The notes: generated by a model from the sequence alone, not told the origin. A stretch of 17,255 nucleotides of DNA from Sandaracinaceae bacterium (GCA_044220955.1 JBGAQA010000125.1:1-17255), one strand, 5' to 3'; shown: positions 1 to 8,182, counted from the first letter of the stretch. Translations and numbers: made by a program.

Positions 1-105
1 CGCGCGATCCTCGAGACCGCAGACGCGATGGGATACGTCGTGGCCGACGCGAGGCAGGTCGACGTGCTCGACCGGATCGCGCGGACGCTCCACAAGCTCG
101 TGTAG
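1..105 (+). CDS. 3' end of a probable four-helix-bundle protein (23S rRNA IVP-like family), partial
   Basis: Frame 1 reads RAILETADAMGYVVADARQVDVLDRIARTLHKLV-TAG(103-105). The 'L..A...GY....LDRI...L.KL' ending is typical of four-helix-bundle proteins. A strong hairpin follows. Not in the ORF track because it is truncated. Confidence 0.65.
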   Translation, partial: RAILETADAMGYVVADARQVDVLDRIARTLHKLV

Positions 106-111
106 GCGGGT

Positions 112-150
112 CCGAGGCCCGCGGTTCGTCGCCGCGGGCCTCGGTTCTCT
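112..150 (+). terminator. Rho-independent terminator-like hairpin between convergent genes
   Basis: Perfect 13-bp inverted repeat CCGAGGCCCGCGG (112-124) / CCGCGGGCCTCGG (132-144) with a 7-nt loop, followed by TTCTCT. It begins 6 nt after the TAG. Confidence 0.65.
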
Positions 151-156
151 ACCGTG

Positions 157-186
157 GTCGAGGCGGTTCCGCACGCCCGCCTCGAC
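157..186. terminator. Second hairpin in the convergent intergenic region, possibly terminating ygfZ
   Basis: GTCGAGGCGG (157-166) / CCGCCTCGAC (177-186) form a perfect 10-bp stem 14 nt past the ygfZ stop. No clear U-tract. Confidence 0.4.
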
Positions 187-200
187 GACCTCGCTCGCCC

Positions 201-986
201 TCAGCGCCGTGCCGCGTGCCCGTCGATCACCAGCGGCCGCTGATCCTCGAACGCAGCGCGCTTCACGTACGCGAGCGCGAGCCCGCCGCCCTCGGGGACG
301 GCGACCGAGCTGGTCACGGTGCCGAGCTCCGCTCCGCTCGCGTCGAGGACCTTCGCACCCACCGGCACGGGCGCGTCCGTCGCGAGGCGCGCCAGCCTCC
401 GGCTCAGCTGTCCGCGGTTCTCGAGCATGCACACGACCTCTTGCCCCAGGTAGCACCCCTTCTGGAACGACACGGCGCCCTCGAGTCCGGCCTCCTGGGG
501 ATACGTCGTGGGGCCGAAGTCGACGCCGAACGCGGGCCGCCCAGCCCGCACCCGCGCGAGCTCCGCCTCGGCCTCCGGGATCCGCTCGACGTCCGCCGGC
601 ACGGGCAGGGGCGCGATCCGGAGCACCACCTCCGTCCCCAGCCACGGGACCGGGAAGCCGTCCGCGCTCCCATGCAGCTCCGCGACGCCGAGCGACTCCT
701 CGAGCACGAGGTCGACGTCCTCCATGATGATGTACTTATCGAAGTGGGCCCGGAGCGCGTCCTGCTCGCTACGCGGGATCACCATCGCGAGGCCGGCCGG
801 CGCGCCGCGGTCGATCACCGTCACGTCGGCGAGGATCCGCCCTTTGACGTTCAGCACCAGCGCACGGACGGCCTCGCCCGCCTTCATCGCGCGCACGTCG
901 TTGGTGATCTGACCGTTCAGCCACGTCCGGGCGTCCTCGCCGCGGACGGAGAGGACGACGAGATCGGGACGGGGCCGGACGCGCAT
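201..986 (-). CDS. ygfZ: YgfZ/GcvT-family folate-binding protein (Fe-S cluster maintenance), 261 aa
   Basis: N-terminal 'VRGEDARTWLNGQITND' and 'LNVKGRILAD', plus the signature 'KGCYLGQEVV'. SD-like AAGGAG upstream of the ATG on the minus strand. Confidence 0.92.
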   Translation of the reverse strand: MRVRPRPDLVVLSVRGEDARTWLNGQITNDVRAMKAGEAVRALVLNVKGRILADVTVIDRGAPAGLAMVIPRSEQDALRAHFDKYIIMEDVDLVLEESLGVAELHGSADGFPVPWLGTEVVLRIAPLPVPADVERIPEAEAELARVRAGRPAFGVDFGPTTYPQEAGLEGAVSFQKGCYLGQEVVCMLENRGQLSRRLARLATDAPVPVGAKVLDASGAELGTVTSSVAVPEGGGLALAYVKRAAFEDQRPLVIDGHAARR

Positions 987-1150
987 CGGCTCCTTCTGTG
1001 GCGCCCCGCGCGTCGAGCCGCAACCGTGAACCGGCGTCCACGGCGAAACGGGGCGTCTCGTTCGCGATCCGGGCGGGGGGAGCTCCCCCGGCCGACCGCG
1101 TAGAACCCGTTTTTCGCAGACTTTCCCTGCCCGCTCGCCCGTCTCAGCGA

Positions 1151-1166
1151 TGGTTCGTACATTGCT
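1151..1166 (+). promoter_or_regulatory. Candidate sigma54 (-24/-12) promoter for the CAP-domain gene
   Basis: TGGTTCG-TACA-TTGCT versus consensus TGGCACG-N4-TTGCW, with exact GG-N10-GC spacing (GG 1152-53, GC 1164-65). It lies just upstream of SD GGAGG (1179-1183) and ATG 1189. Confidence 0.55.
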
Positions 1167-1188
1167 AGCTCACAGCTCGGAGGTCCTC

Positions 1189-2223
1189 ATGCCCCGCTTC
1201 GCCCTCGCCCTCTTCGCCGCGAGCGCGCTCCTGTTCGCCTCGACCGCCTCGACCGCCTTCGCCCAGGACGACACCGCCGGCGAGGACGCGATGCTCGCCC
1301 GCATCAACGAGCTCCGGGCGGCCCAGGGCGCCGGTCCCCTCGCGCGCGACGGCCGGCTCGACGCGGCGGCTCGTGCGCACAGCCACGACATGGCCGACCA
1401 CCAGCAGCTCATGCACGTCTCGGAGTCGAGCGGCACGCCGACGGACCGCGTCCACGCCGCGGGCCTGGCGATCGACGAGATCGCCGAGAACGTCGCGATG
1501 CACTCGGACACGTCGCAGGCGGAGGCGACGCTCGAGGCCAGCCCGCCCCACCTCGCCAACATGCTGAACCCGCGCTTCACGCACGTCGGGCTCGCCGCGA
1601 TCCTGCACGGCGACGGCACCTACGTGACGCAGGTCTTCGGTCGCATCGAGGCCGGGACCCCGACGGTCACGGCGCCGAGCACCGCGACGACGGTGGCCCC
1701 CACGCTGCCGCCGCCGTCGACGACCGCCCCCTCGACCGCGACCGTCACGGTGACCCCGCCGCCGACGGCGACGCCGAGCGCGACGGGCCAGGCGATCGTC
1801 GTCCCGCCGAGCTCGAGCGGCGTGGTCACCGTGCCCCCGGCGCGCCCCGGCGTCGCCGGCTACTGGGTCTGCGGGAGCGGCCGCTGGTGGTACTACCCGA
1901 TCCCGGCGGGCGCATCCTCCGGCACTCAGCTCCAGCCCGACATGGCCATCTCGGGCCCACCTCCGGGCTACGCGTCGACGTCGTGCGGCGGCGGCGCCTA
2001 CGCCGTCGCGCCGCGGCCCAGCGCGCCGACCACGACGATCGTCACGCCGCCGCCGCGCATGGGCGCGCCGGTGATCGTGCAGCCCGGCCTCGTCATCGGC
2101 CCGTGGGGCGGCGGCGTCCGCGTCGAGGTGGCGCCGGCCCCGATGTACGCGCCCGCGCCGGTCTACGTCACCCCGCCGCGCGTCTACGGCCGTCCGCGCG
2201 GCCGCTGGCGCCGGCGGTATTGA
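1189..2223 (+). CDS. Secreted CAP (SCP/PR-1-like) domain protein with Pro/Thr-rich linker and C-terminal low-complexity tail, 344 aa
   Basis: Signal peptide (MPRFALALFAASALLFASTASTAFA-Q). CAP motifs 'INELRAAQGAGPL', 'AARAHSHDM', 'AENVA' and 'SPPHLANMLNPRFTHVG'. Start set at ATG 1189 because of the GGAGG SD. Confidence 0.88.
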   Translation: MPRFALALFAASALLFASTASTAFAQDDTAGEDAMLARINELRAAQGAGPLARDGRLDAAARAHSHDMADHQQLMHVSESSGTPTDRVHAAGLAIDEIAENVAMHSDTSQAEATLEASPPHLANMLNPRFTHVGLAAILHGDGTYVTQVFGRIEAGTPTVTAPSTATTVAPTLPPPSTTAPSTATVTVTPPPTATPSATGQAIVVPPSSSGVVTVPPARPGVAGYWVCGSGRWWYYPIPAGASSGTQLQPDMAISGPPPGYASTSCGGGAYAVAPRPSAPTTTIVTPPPRMGAPVIVQPGLVIGPWGGGVRVEVAPAPMYAPAPVYVTPPRVYGRPRGRWRRRY

Positions 2224-2247
2224 GCCGCGCTTCATCGGAGCTCCGTG

Positions 2248-2280
2248 AACGGCGTGCCTCGGGGCGCGCCGTTTTCGTTT
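2248..2280 (+). terminator. Rho-independent terminator of the CAP gene
   Basis: Stem AACGGCGTGCC (2248-2258) / GGCGCGCCGTT (2263-2273) with one G.U pair and a TCGG loop, then TTCGTTT. Confidence 0.7.
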
Positions 2281-2293
2281 ACGCTGCTCGGCC

Positions 2294-2602
2294 ATGAACG
2301 ACCGCGTCGCGAGCTGTCTCCTGATCGCCAAGGTGCTCGTCGCCGACGGCATGATGGCCGAGCCCGAGCGCGCCTTCCTCGGGCGCACGATGGAGGCGCT
2401 CCGCCTCGACGATGCGGAGCAGCAGCGCGTGAGGAACCTCGACGGCTTCGACGAGGCGGAGGCCTGGGCCGCGAAGCTGCCCGAGGCCCGCAAGCGCGCG
2501 CTCGTCGACGAGCTGCTCGAGGCGGCGCTGGTCGACGGCAAGCTCTCGCCGCACGAGACGAAGACGATCGCGGCGCTGACGGCGGCGCTGGGCCTCGAGT
2601 AG
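2294..2602 (+). CDS. TerB-family (tellurite resistance TerB-like) protein, 102 aa
   Basis: Two repeats of the TerB pattern 'VADG....E...L' and 'VDG.LS..E...I..L..ALGL'. All-helical, with GC-rich third codon positions. Confidence 0.8.
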   Translation: MNDRVASCLLIAKVLVADGMMAEPERAFLGRTMEALRLDDAEQQRVRNLDGFDEAEAWAAKLPEARKRALVDELLEAALVDGKLSPHETKTIAALTAALGLE

Positions 2603-2611
2603 GCGCCCTCG

Positions 2612-3682
2612 CTACGGCGTCATCTCACCGCGCAGCGGCGTGCCCAGCATCCGCCGCGTGTCCGCGCGCTTCAGCCGCAGCCCGATCACGTAGGCGAGCT
2701 TCGCGAGCGCCGCCTCCGCCGTGAGATCGGCGCCCGAGATCACGCCCGCGTCCGCGAGCGCTCGGCCCGCCGCATAAGCGCCGCTCACGGTGCCGCGCAG
2801 GCACTGCGTGACGTTGAGCACCCAGAGGCCGCGGTCGATCGCGCGGGCGAGCACGTCGAGCAGATCCCGCCGCGTGTCGGGCGCGTTGCCCGCACCGTAC
2901 GTCTCGAGCACCAGGCCCTCGAGCGGCTCGCGCACGAAGTTCGCCAGGATGCCCTCGGTGATCCCGGGATACAGGCGCAGCGCGGCCACGTGGGGCGAGA
3001 GCGCCGTGTGTGCGCGAAACGGGCGCGCGTCGGGCGCGAGCACGAGCCCGCGCCGCACCTCGAGATCGACCCCGAACTCCGCGAGCGGCGGCAGGTTCGG
3101 CGAGACGAACGCGTCGAGCCCGACCGCGTCGTGCTTCGTCGCGCGGTTACCCCGGAGCAGGCGGTCCCGGAAGAAGAGCGTCACCTCCGGGATCGGCGGC
3201 TCGGTCGCGACGCGCAGCGCACCGAGCACGTTGTCGAGGCCGTCGCTGCGGAGCGCGTACAGCGGAACCTGCGACCCGGTGAGCACGACGGTCTTCTTCT
3301 GCCCCTCGAGCGCGAAGGAGAGCGCGGACGCGGTGAACGCCATCGTGTCCGTCCCGTGCAGCAGCACGAACGCGTCGTAGCTCGGCTCGTGGGCGGCGAG
3401 GTCGTCGGCGAAGCGCGCCCAGTGCGAGAGATCGAGGTTCGCCGAGTCGAGGAGCGGGTCGTACTCGACGAAGTCGTAGTACGCGCGGCGGCCGCTCGCG
3501 AACGGGGGCGTCACGAAGTCGCGCCCGTGGCGCGGCGCCGTGGTGTCCGAGAGCTGCGGCATCGTGGCGATGAGCGCGCGGAGGAACCCGGGCGCGGGCT
3601 CGTAGCCCCGCGCGCCCTCGCGCATGCCGATCGTCCCGCCGGTGTGGAGCATCAGCACGCGCGTTCCGTCGGGGGGCGTCAT
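2612..3682 (-). CDS. ansA: Type I (cytoplasmic) L-asparaginase, 356 aa
   Basis: Motifs 'HTGGTIGM', 'HGTDTMAF', 'LTGSQVP', 'RGNRATK', 'SPNLPPL', 'YGAGNAP' and 'TQC'. ATG at 3682 overlaps the kinase stop (ATGA). The upstream part of the 725-aa ORF is off-frame kinase sequence. Confidence 0.93.
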   Translation of the reverse strand: MTPPDGTRVLMLHTGGTIGMREGARGYEPAPGFLRALIATMPQLSDTTAPRHGRDFVTPPFASGRRAYYDFVEYDPLLDSANLDLSHWARFADDLAAHEPSYDAFVLLHGTDTMAFTASALSFALEGQKKTVVLTGSQVPLYALRSDGLDNVLGALRVATEPPIPEVTLFFRDRLLRGNRATKHDAVGLDAFVSPNLPPLAEFGVDLEVRRGLVLAPDARPFRAHTALSPHVAALRLYPGITEGILANFVREPLEGLVLETYGAGNAPDTRRDLLDVLARAIDRGLWVLNVTQCLRGTVSGAYAAGRALADAGVISGADLTAEAALAKLAYVIGLRLKRADTRRMLGTPLRGEMTP

Positions 3683-5325
3683 CGACGGGGGAGCATCCCG
3701 TGCTCGATCGCGAAGCGGAGGCCGACGCCCACACCGACCGCGGCGAGCACCACGAGGATGGCCAGGCCGATCCACAGCCAGGCGCGACTGCCCTTCTTCT
3801 GCGTCTGCGGGGGCGGCGCGAGCACGGGCGCGGGGATCCGAGGCCGCGAGCTCTCCATCCCGAGGGGCGGCGTGAACGAGCGCGGACGCGGGGGGAACAC
3901 GCTCGTCGCTTTCTGGTCGGCGCCCGCGAAGGGTGGCGGTCGATCGGAGAACGGGCGCTGCCCCTCCGGCTGCATCGCCACCACGGGCATCACGGTCTGC
4001 GCGAGCGGGCTCGACGGAGCCGCGGCCGGGGCGACGTAGAGCGGCCCCGTCTCGGCGCGCCGCGCGGGCTGTACGGCCGGGCCCCCGTAGGTCGACGGCG
4101 AGGAGCCCGCAGGCGGCGGCTGCGAGGGCGCCACGGCTCCCTCGATCGTGCGCTTCTGCGAGCCGACGAGGCGCGCAGCCGACACGCGCGGAGTGCCGAT
4201 CGACTCCTGCGGCCTGGGCCGATCGGAGACCGTCCGCACGGGCGCGATCGCGACGACCGAGACCGCAGGCGCCGCGCCGGGGAGCTTGCCCGGCCGCGGG
4301 AGCGAGGGCGCGAAAGGATCGACGAGCGGTGCGCCGGCGAGCGACTCCACGCTGGTCTGGTCGTCGAACATCTGCCCGCCCAGCTGGCTCCGCTGCGAGG
4401 GCACGCCCGCGGCCGCCGCGAAGGCCTCGGCGAACGCGCCGGCGGTCTGGTAGCGATCGGCGGGCTTGCGCATCGCGGCCCGTGCGATGACCGCGTCGAG
4501 CGCCGCCGGCAGATCGGGACGCAGCGAGTGGACCGAGCGCATGCGGCCCTCGAGGATCGCGCCGAAGAGCTGGCCGACGTCCTCGGCCGCGTAGATCGAC
4601 TTGCCGGTGATCATCTCGAACGCGATCACGCCGACCGCGAACACGTCCGCTCGATGGTCGGTGTCCTTCAGCGACTCGATCAGCTCCGGCGCCATGTAGC
4701 GGGGCGTGCCGAGGATGGTGCCGGCGCGCGTGAGCCGGTCGGCGCTCATCTGCGTCATGCGCGCCAGCCCGAAGTCGAGGATCTTGCAAGGCGGCGAGCC
4801 GCTCGCGGGGAGGATCACGTTCTCGGGCTTCAGATCCCGGTGCACGACGCCGGCGCGATGCGCCGCGTCGAGCGCGTCGCAGAGCATGCTGACGACCTCG
4901 TAGGCGGCCTGAGGCGTGAACGGGCCCTTCTTGCGGAGGCGCTGCGCGATCGTGTCGCCCTCGATCAGCTCCATCGCGAGCCAGCGGGTGCCGTCCGCGA
5001 TCTTGTCGGACGCGATGACGCGGACGATGCCCGGATGCCCGAGGCGCGCGAGCACCTCGGCCTCGCGCGTGAAGCGCTCGGCGGCCTCGCGGTTGGCGGC
5101 CTTCTCCCGGTGCAGCACCTTCAGGGCGACACGCTGGTTCGTGGTCATGTCGATCGCGGTCACGACCTTGCCCATGGCGCCCATGCCGAGCCGCCCGTCG
5201 ACCTGGAAGCGATCGGCGAAGAACGTGCCCGGCTCGAGCGAGGCGACGACCTCGGTGCCGCCCTCGTCGCCGGTATCGTCACCCCACGCGGCGTACTCAC
5301 GATCGATGTCGTCGTCGGCGCTCAC
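3679..5325 (-). CDS. Hanks-type Ser/Thr protein kinase with Pro-rich linker and C-terminal transmembrane anchor, 548 aa
   Basis: LGMGAMGKV, VALK, HRDLKPEN, DFG and GTPRYMAPE motifs. Hydrophobic 'AWLWIGLAILVVLAAVGVGVGL' near the C-terminus. GTG start. Confidence 0.95.
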   Translation of the reverse strand: MSADDDIDREYAAWGDDTGDEGGTEVVASLEPGTFFADRFQVDGRLGMGAMGKVVTAIDMTTNQRVALKVLHREKAANREAAERFTREAEVLARLGHPGIVRVIASDKIADGTRWLAMELIEGDTIAQRLRKKGPFTPQAAYEVVSMLCDALDAAHRAGVVHRDLKPENVILPASGSPPCKILDFGLARMTQMSADRLTRAGTILGTPRYMAPELIESLKDTDHRADVFAVGVIAFEMITGKSIYAAEDVGQLFGAILEGRMRSVHSLRPDLPAALDAVIARAAMRKPADRYQTAGAFAEAFAAAAGVPSQRSQLGGQMFDDQTSVESLAGAPLVDPFAPSLPRPGKLPGAAPAVSVVAIAPVRTVSDRPRPQESIGTPRVSAARLVGSQKRTIEGAVAPSQPPPAGSSPSTYGGPAVQPARRAETGPLYVAPAAAPSSPLAQTVMPVVAMQPEGQRPFSDRPPPFAGADQKATSVFPPRPRSFTPPLGMESSRPRIPAPVLAPPPQTQKKGSRAWLWIGLAILVVLAAVGVGVGLRFAIEHGMLPRR

Positions 5326-5369
5326 GGCAGGACCGACATCGTAGTACGCGGGCCCGGAGCGCGGGCAAT

Positions 5370-5819
5370 TCAGCGAAGCGCGAGCAGGTCGAGCGTCCTC
5401 GGCCGGAAGTCGTGCAGGACGAGGCCGAATCGGTCGCGGAGCGCACGGACGTCGGGGTCCAGCGTGACGAGTGAGGGAGAGGGGGTGCCCAGGATCGCGA
5501 GGCGGACGTCGAGCGTTGCGAGCAGCGCGGGCCCCTCGGCGATGAGAACGTCGTGCGGCGGGAGCGCGGCGAGGAGCGCGCGCGTCGCGTCCAGGATCGA
5601 GTCCGGGTGCGCCGCAGCGGCTCCCGGGCCCGTGAGGTCGAAGCCTCGCTTGTGGCGAACGAGCAGGCGCGCGCGGATCGCGCCGAGCAGGACGGACGCG
5701 AGGTGCGCGGCGATCGGCGTGCCGGGAAGCGAATCGACGACGGCGATCGTCGATCGCGATGGCGTGAGCCGATCAGGGGGCTCGACCTCCGGCAGTCGGG
5801 GTGGCTGAAGAAGGGACAC
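5370..5819 (-). CDS. Hypothetical protein (~149 aa), possibly a degenerate P-loop NTPase-like fold
   Basis: C-terminal part of the 5370..6743 ORF reads as a normal alpha/beta protein (TIAVVDSLPG..., DVLIAEGPALL...). In-frame GTG at 5819. It fills the gap between two minus-strand genes. Start uncertain. Confidence 0.6.
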   Translation of the reverse strand: MSLLQPPRLPEVEPPDRLTPSRSTIAVVDSLPGTPIAAHLASVLLGAIRARLLVRHKRGFDLTGPGAAAAHPDSILDATRALLAALPPHDVLIAEGPALLATLDVRLAILGTPSPSLVTLDPDVRALRDRFGLVLHDFRPRTLDLLALR

Positions 5820-5820
5820 G

Positions 5821-5860
5821 CTCTCGCTCTCGCTCTCGCTCTCGCTCTCGCTCTCGCTCG
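5821..5860. repeat. Hexanucleotide tandem repeat (CTCTCG)x6 plus CTCG
   Basis: Directly visible. Degenerate copies recur at ~5956-5970 and ~5988-6000. Confidence 0.95.
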
Positions 5861-6001
5861 GGTTTCGGAAGCAGCACCTCGCGGCCGGGCCACGCGTCGA
5901 CGACCTGCGCAGCGCTGCGCGCCGCCGATGTTGCCTGTGGCGGGCTCCGCCCGCGGCTCGCTCTCGCTCGGCCGGGTCTCGGCTGCGACTCGCTCTCGCG
6001 C

Positions 6002-6658
6002 TCAGTTCGCCGGGGTGCCCCGCTCCACGGGCAGCCCATCGGCCTCCCAGTGGAGGAACCCCCCCGCGAGGAACGCCAGCTGATGGCCCTGCTTCACCAG
6101 CTTCTCCACCGCCTCGCGCGCCTCGTCGGTCGAGCGCGCGTAGAGCACGCGCATCTTCCCGTCGCGCGGCACCAGCTCGCCCGCGCGCTTCTCGAGCTCC
6201 TCGAGCGGGACGTTCACGGCCCCCGGGATGTGATAGCGCGCGAACGCCGCCGCCTCCCGCACGTCCACCGGCGTCACGCGCTTCTGCTGCAGCAGCTGCG
6301 CGAGATCGGCCGGCTTCAGCTCGTTCGGCGCCTGGGGCAGGAAGGGACGCAGGAGCTCGAGGATCGTCTTCTTCGGCGCGAGCCCGCGGTCCCACTGCGC
6401 CGCGACCTGCCCCTCGGCGATCACGAAGAGCTGTGGGATCGACTGGATCCGGAAGCTCGCCGCGACGCGCGGGCTCTTGTCGACGTCGATCTTGACGACC
6501 TTGATCTGGCCCTCGAGCTCGCGCGCGACCTCCTCCACGATGGGCGTCTGCTGCTTGCACGGCGCGCACCAGTCCGCGACGAAGTCGATGAGCACGGGCA
6601 GCTCGGATTGCAGGACCTCTCGCTCGAACGTCGCGTCGGTCACGAACGGTACGGACAT
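6002..6658 (-). CDS. Thioredoxin fused to a C-terminal rhodanese-like domain, 218 aa
   Basis: Trx: 'VLIDFVADWCAPCK', 'KIDVD', 'IQSIP'. Rhodanese: 'VDVRE....ARYHIPGAVNVP' and 'LAGGFLHW'. SD-like GGGAGAG upstream of ATG 6658. Confidence 0.9.
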   Translation of the reverse strand: MSVPFVTDATFEREVLQSELPVLIDFVADWCAPCKQQTPIVEEVARELEGQIKVVKIDVDKSPRVAASFRIQSIPQLFVIAEGQVAAQWDRGLAPKKTILELLRPFLPQAPNELKPADLAQLLQQKRVTPVDVREAAAFARYHIPGAVNVPLEELEKRAGELVPRDGKMRVLYARSTDEAREAVEKLVKQGHQLAFLAGGFLHWEADGLPVERGTPAN

Positions 6659-6745
6659 GGATCGGCTCTCCCTCACCGCTTGTGTAGCCACCCGCGCCCC
6701 GCACCTCAAGCCCGACCGATCGACCGGCGCTATGCTCGCCCACCG

Positions 6746-7747
<1,002 letters not shown>

Positions 7748-7781
7748 GCGCGCGGGGCGGCGCCCCCGTCCCCGCCGAGCG

Positions 7782-8048
7782 TCAGCCGACCGAGAGGAAC
7801 TCGTCCAGCACGCGCTCGATCACGGCCATGGGCAAGAGGACGGGCTTCTGTTCGATCTCGAAGACCGCGTGTCCCGTGTCGTCGATCGTGTACGCACCGC
7901 GGATCGTGCCGACCGGCGTGCGGAGCGCGTAGCGACCGCCGCGCGCGTCGCCGTCCCACGTGCTGTAGAACTTCTCGCACTCCCTGCGCGCGCGCACCAG
8001 CACGCCCTCGACGTCGCGGAGCTGGCGCTCGACCCGGTGAGTAGCCAT
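7782..8048 (-). CDS. Small hypothetical protein, 88 aa (helix-beta sheet-helix; weak resemblance to polyhydroxyalkanoate-system PHA_gran_rgn-like proteins)
   Basis: MATHRVERQL...WDGDARGGRYALRTPVGTIRGAYTID...KPVLLPMAVIERVLDEFL with GC-rich third codon positions. Alternative ATG at 8060. Confidence 0.65.
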   Translation of the reverse strand: MATHRVERQLRDVEGVLVRARRECEKFYSTWDGDARGGRYALRTPVGTIRGAYTIDDTGHAVFEIEQKPVLLPMAVIERVLDEFLSVG

Positions 8049-8182
8049 CGGGCAGAGCATGACACCGAGGGCGCGAGAGGCGACCGCGACCCTCACCGGT
8101 TCCCGGCGGAGCGGGCCCGTGGTACTCCGTGCGTGGGCCATCGGCGGGGGGGCTCCCCCTCCCGCGAGGAGGATCGTGTCCG

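Noticed and set aside
1..105. Diversity-generating retroelement (Avd)
   Set aside because: No reverse transcriptase or TR/VR repeat pair is visible in the window.
2294..2602. Tellurite-resistance or anti-phage ter operon
   Set aside because: Only a solitary TerB-like gene is present, with no other ter genes nearby.
3683..4789. N-terminal extension making a 725-aa asparaginase fusion
   Set aside because: It is an alternative frame of the kinase gene with Arg/Gly-rich nonsense composition. The ATGA overlap at 3679-3682 gives the natural start.
5322..5339. Minus-strand uORF MSVLP overlapping the kinase GTG
   Set aside because: It has no SD, and its ATG is part of a -10-like TACGAT. A promoter element or chance explains it equally well.
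5821..6000. CRISPR-like array
   Set aside because: The repeats are 6-mers without regular unique spacers, and there are no cas genes.
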